A stretch of DNA of 64,000 nucleotides, from contig OZ024754.1 of assembly GCA_964016885.1 (NCBI GenBank), positions 14,074,001-14,138,000 of the forward strand, written 5' to 3'. Both the position numbers and the translations under genes were made by a program. How positions within the stretch are numbered: position 1 is the stretch's first letter; every line of letters begins with the position of its first letter. This document shows, one piece after another, positions 61,313 to 64,000 of this stretch. Under the pieces are notes generated by a model. That model made no database searches, had not been told where the DNA came from, and saw only the letters and a list, made by a program, of their open reading frames with translations. The stretch comes from Eledone cirrhosa (taxonomy: Eukaryota).

Positions 61313-62510
61313 GTGACAGTGTTAATGGAGTGTTGGCAGTGTTAATGTAGTGTTGGCAGTGTTAACGGAGGGGTGACAGTGTTAATGGAGTGTTGATGGA
61401 GTGGTGGCAGTGTTAATGGAGTGATGGCAGTGTTAACGGAGTGGTGGCAGTGTTAATGGAGTGGTGACTGTGTTAATGGAGTGGTGACTGTGTTAATGGA
61501 GTGTTTGCAGTGTTAATGGAGTGGTGGAAGTGTTAATGGAGTGGTGACTGTGTTAATGGAGTGTTAATGGAGTGGTGACTGTGTTAATGGAGTGGTGACT
61601 GCGTTAATAGAGTGTTTGCAGTGTTAATGGAGTGGTTACTGTGTTATTGGAGTGGTGACAGTGTTAATGGAGTGTTTGCAGTGTTAATGGAGTGGTGACA
61701 GTGTTAATGGAGTGATGACTGTGTTAATGGAGTGGTGACTGCGTTAATAGAGTGTTTGCAGTGTTAATGGAGTGGTTACTGTGTTATTGGAGTGGTGACA
61801 GTGTTAATGGAGTGTTTGCAGTGTTAATGGAGTGGTGACAGTGTTAATGAAGGGGTGACTGTGTTAATGGAGTGGTGACTGTGTTAATGGAGGAGTGACA
61901 GTGTTAATGAAGTGGAGACAGTGTTAATGGAAGGGTGACAGTGTTAATGGAGTGGTGACTGTGTTAATGGAGTGATGACTGTGTTAATGGAGTGTTGGCA
62001 GTGTTAATGGAGTGGTGACAGTGTTAATGGAGGGGTGACAGTGTTAATGGAGCGGTGGCTGTGTTAATGGAGGGGTGACTGTGTTAATGGAGGAGTGACA
62101 GTGTTAATGAAGTGGAGACAGTGTTAATGGAAGGGTGACAGTGTTAATGGAGTGGTGACTGTGTTAATGGAGTGATGACTGTGTTAATGGAGTGTTGGCA
62201 GTGTTAATGGAGTGGTGACAGTGTTAATGGAGGGGTGACAGTGTTAATGGAGCGGTGGCTGTGTTAATGGAGTGGTGACTGTGTTAATGGAGGAGTGACA
62301 GTGTTAATGAAGTGGAGACAGTGTTAATGGAAGGGTGACAGTGTTAATGGAGTGGTGACTGTGTTAATGGAGTGATGACTGTGTTAATGGAGTGTTGGCA
62401 GTGTTAATGGAGTGGTGACAGTGTTAATGGAGGGGTGACAGTGTTAATGGAGCGGTGGCTGTGTTAATGGAGGGGTGACTGTGTTAATGGAGTGGTGACT
62501 CTGTTAATGG
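61313..62510. repeat. 20-bp minisatellite (GTGTTAATGGAGTGGTGAC[A/T]) with higher-order repeats
   Basis: Direct reading. Confidence 0.96.
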
Positions 62511-63662
62511 GTTTGTGATGCCGGGTTTCAGTTAGTTTTATGTTTCCTTTGTGGATAGTGGTTGTTGGGATACATAGACTATAACCATTGCGTGTGACCA
62601 GTGAAATTTGTCTCTTTATTACCAATATAGTGAGATCATGTTTATTACATTATTGTCTTTTTGTTGGGGAGGTGGACGTTCCATTTTGGCTGAGATTTAT
62701 TTCTTGGTTTAAAATCTCTTTGATTATAAGTCTACATGGCTTGTGTTTAGCTGAAGTGAGACGTGTTGGCGTCCTAAAAGACAAAAACAACAATAACAAC
62801 AATGAGCACATGATTTGAAACCGGATGAGCTGACATCCTGTTTCCGATAATTAAAAGGATTAGCACAAACTATTTGATTTATGTTCCTTGTGTGGGTTAG
62901 ACCAACACAAAATAAAGTGAAACTCTTTAGACAATGTATGTTTCAAGCACTTCACTTGCATGAGGTAGGTGGGGAGCAATGTAAACCCAGTTAGAAACAA
63001 TTCTATGTAAGGGAAGGCACACAGCCTAGTGGTAAGTGAATTGGATTCGTAATCATGAGGTTGTGAGTTCAATTCTCAGACCAGGCAATGCGTTATGTCC
63101 ACTTTATTTCACTTTGCTCTTTCTGCCAGGAATTGCGACCGGTAGATAGTATCAGCAATGGAAAGACCAATGGAGACATTATTCCCTTGATCTGATTTGA
63201 TGAGTACCCCCCACCCTCCTCAGTAAGCTAAATGGGTCTGGGATGTTATCAATCGATATAAGTATGTATAAACCTCTGATAGAGTCATAGGGGGCACCAC
63301 CAGTCGTGACATAGAGCATGACATTTTGTTCAACACTCCATCAATTCTGCCAATTTGCTGCCTTAGACTGCTATTTCATTTTATCAACTTTAAAAGGACG
63401 AAAAGCAAAGTTGACCATGGCAGGATTTGAACTCAAAAACTGATACAACTGTAACAAATACTGCAAAGTATTTTGTTTGATAGTCAAAGAATTCAGTAAA
63501 ACCAATACGATTTAAGGATTTAAATTGAAGTGAAAACCAACAGATGCATGTGTTTTTATTGGCAGCATGACCCTCCCTATATATAACAGTATCTGTTTCA
63601 ACACACATTTTCAGATAAGAAATCTTGCAAAACAAATTCAAGAATGAAGTATATATCATTTT

Positions 63663-64000
63663 TCATCATCATTTCATTTTACGTCCGCTTTTCCCTGCTT
63701 GCAAGGGTGGGACGGGAACTGATTCTGGCTTGATTTCTACAGCTGGATGCCCTTCCTAACACCATCCTCATTTACAGTGTGGGCTGGATGCTATTTTGAC
63801 TGGATGGCTCCCTGTTTGACCTGCAGCGCCTGACGGCCAAGACAAGGACCGTGCAGAGGATCGTCCTGGAGGCCCTCATGGCCCACAGGGAGTCTGACCT
63901 CTAAGTCATCGTCAACAAGTTCGTGGAAGCCTCCTGTATCTTCGGTCTCACAATTAGCCTTGGCAAGACTGAGGTCCTGTTCCAGCCTGCACCTGCCTCC
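63663..64000. mobile_element. SINE 3' end (-) joined to RTE RT fragment (+)
   Basis: LFDLQRLTAKTR...FGLTISLGKTEVLFQPAP. Confidence 0.75.

Overview
Repeat-dense eukaryotic DNA. The SINE, MITE and LINE content suggests an octopus or other cephalopod (inference). The backbone is a minus-strand spliced gene of 15 phase-compatible coding exons (46882->10117, 568 codons in the window, continuing off the left edge). It encodes a receptor-type protein tyrosine phosphatase: signal peptide, EGF-like, degenerate F-type-lectin-like, EGF, F-type-lectin-like, EGF, TM, PTP. The most striking features are microsatellite-associated non-LTR retrotransposons. (1) A young, essentially intact 5.7-kb Tx1/L1-group element, a near-identical 5'-truncated copy and two diverged 3' fragments, all inserted at or next to TAGATA motifs; the two young copies share a near-identical flank of at least 830 bp of variant (GGTA)n. 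(2) A 9-kb cluster where plus-strand R4/Dong-type (RLE) elements alternate with minus-strand RTE-derived elements, every junction lying in (CATA)n. Also present are Penelope-type fold-back palindromes with hammerhead ribozyme motifs, RTE, CR1 and Dong fragments, tRNA-derived SINEs, a deleted Tc1/mariner, TA and TTAA MITEs, and several minisatellites derived from MITE or SINE internal segments. All calls were made by eye; no database search was run.
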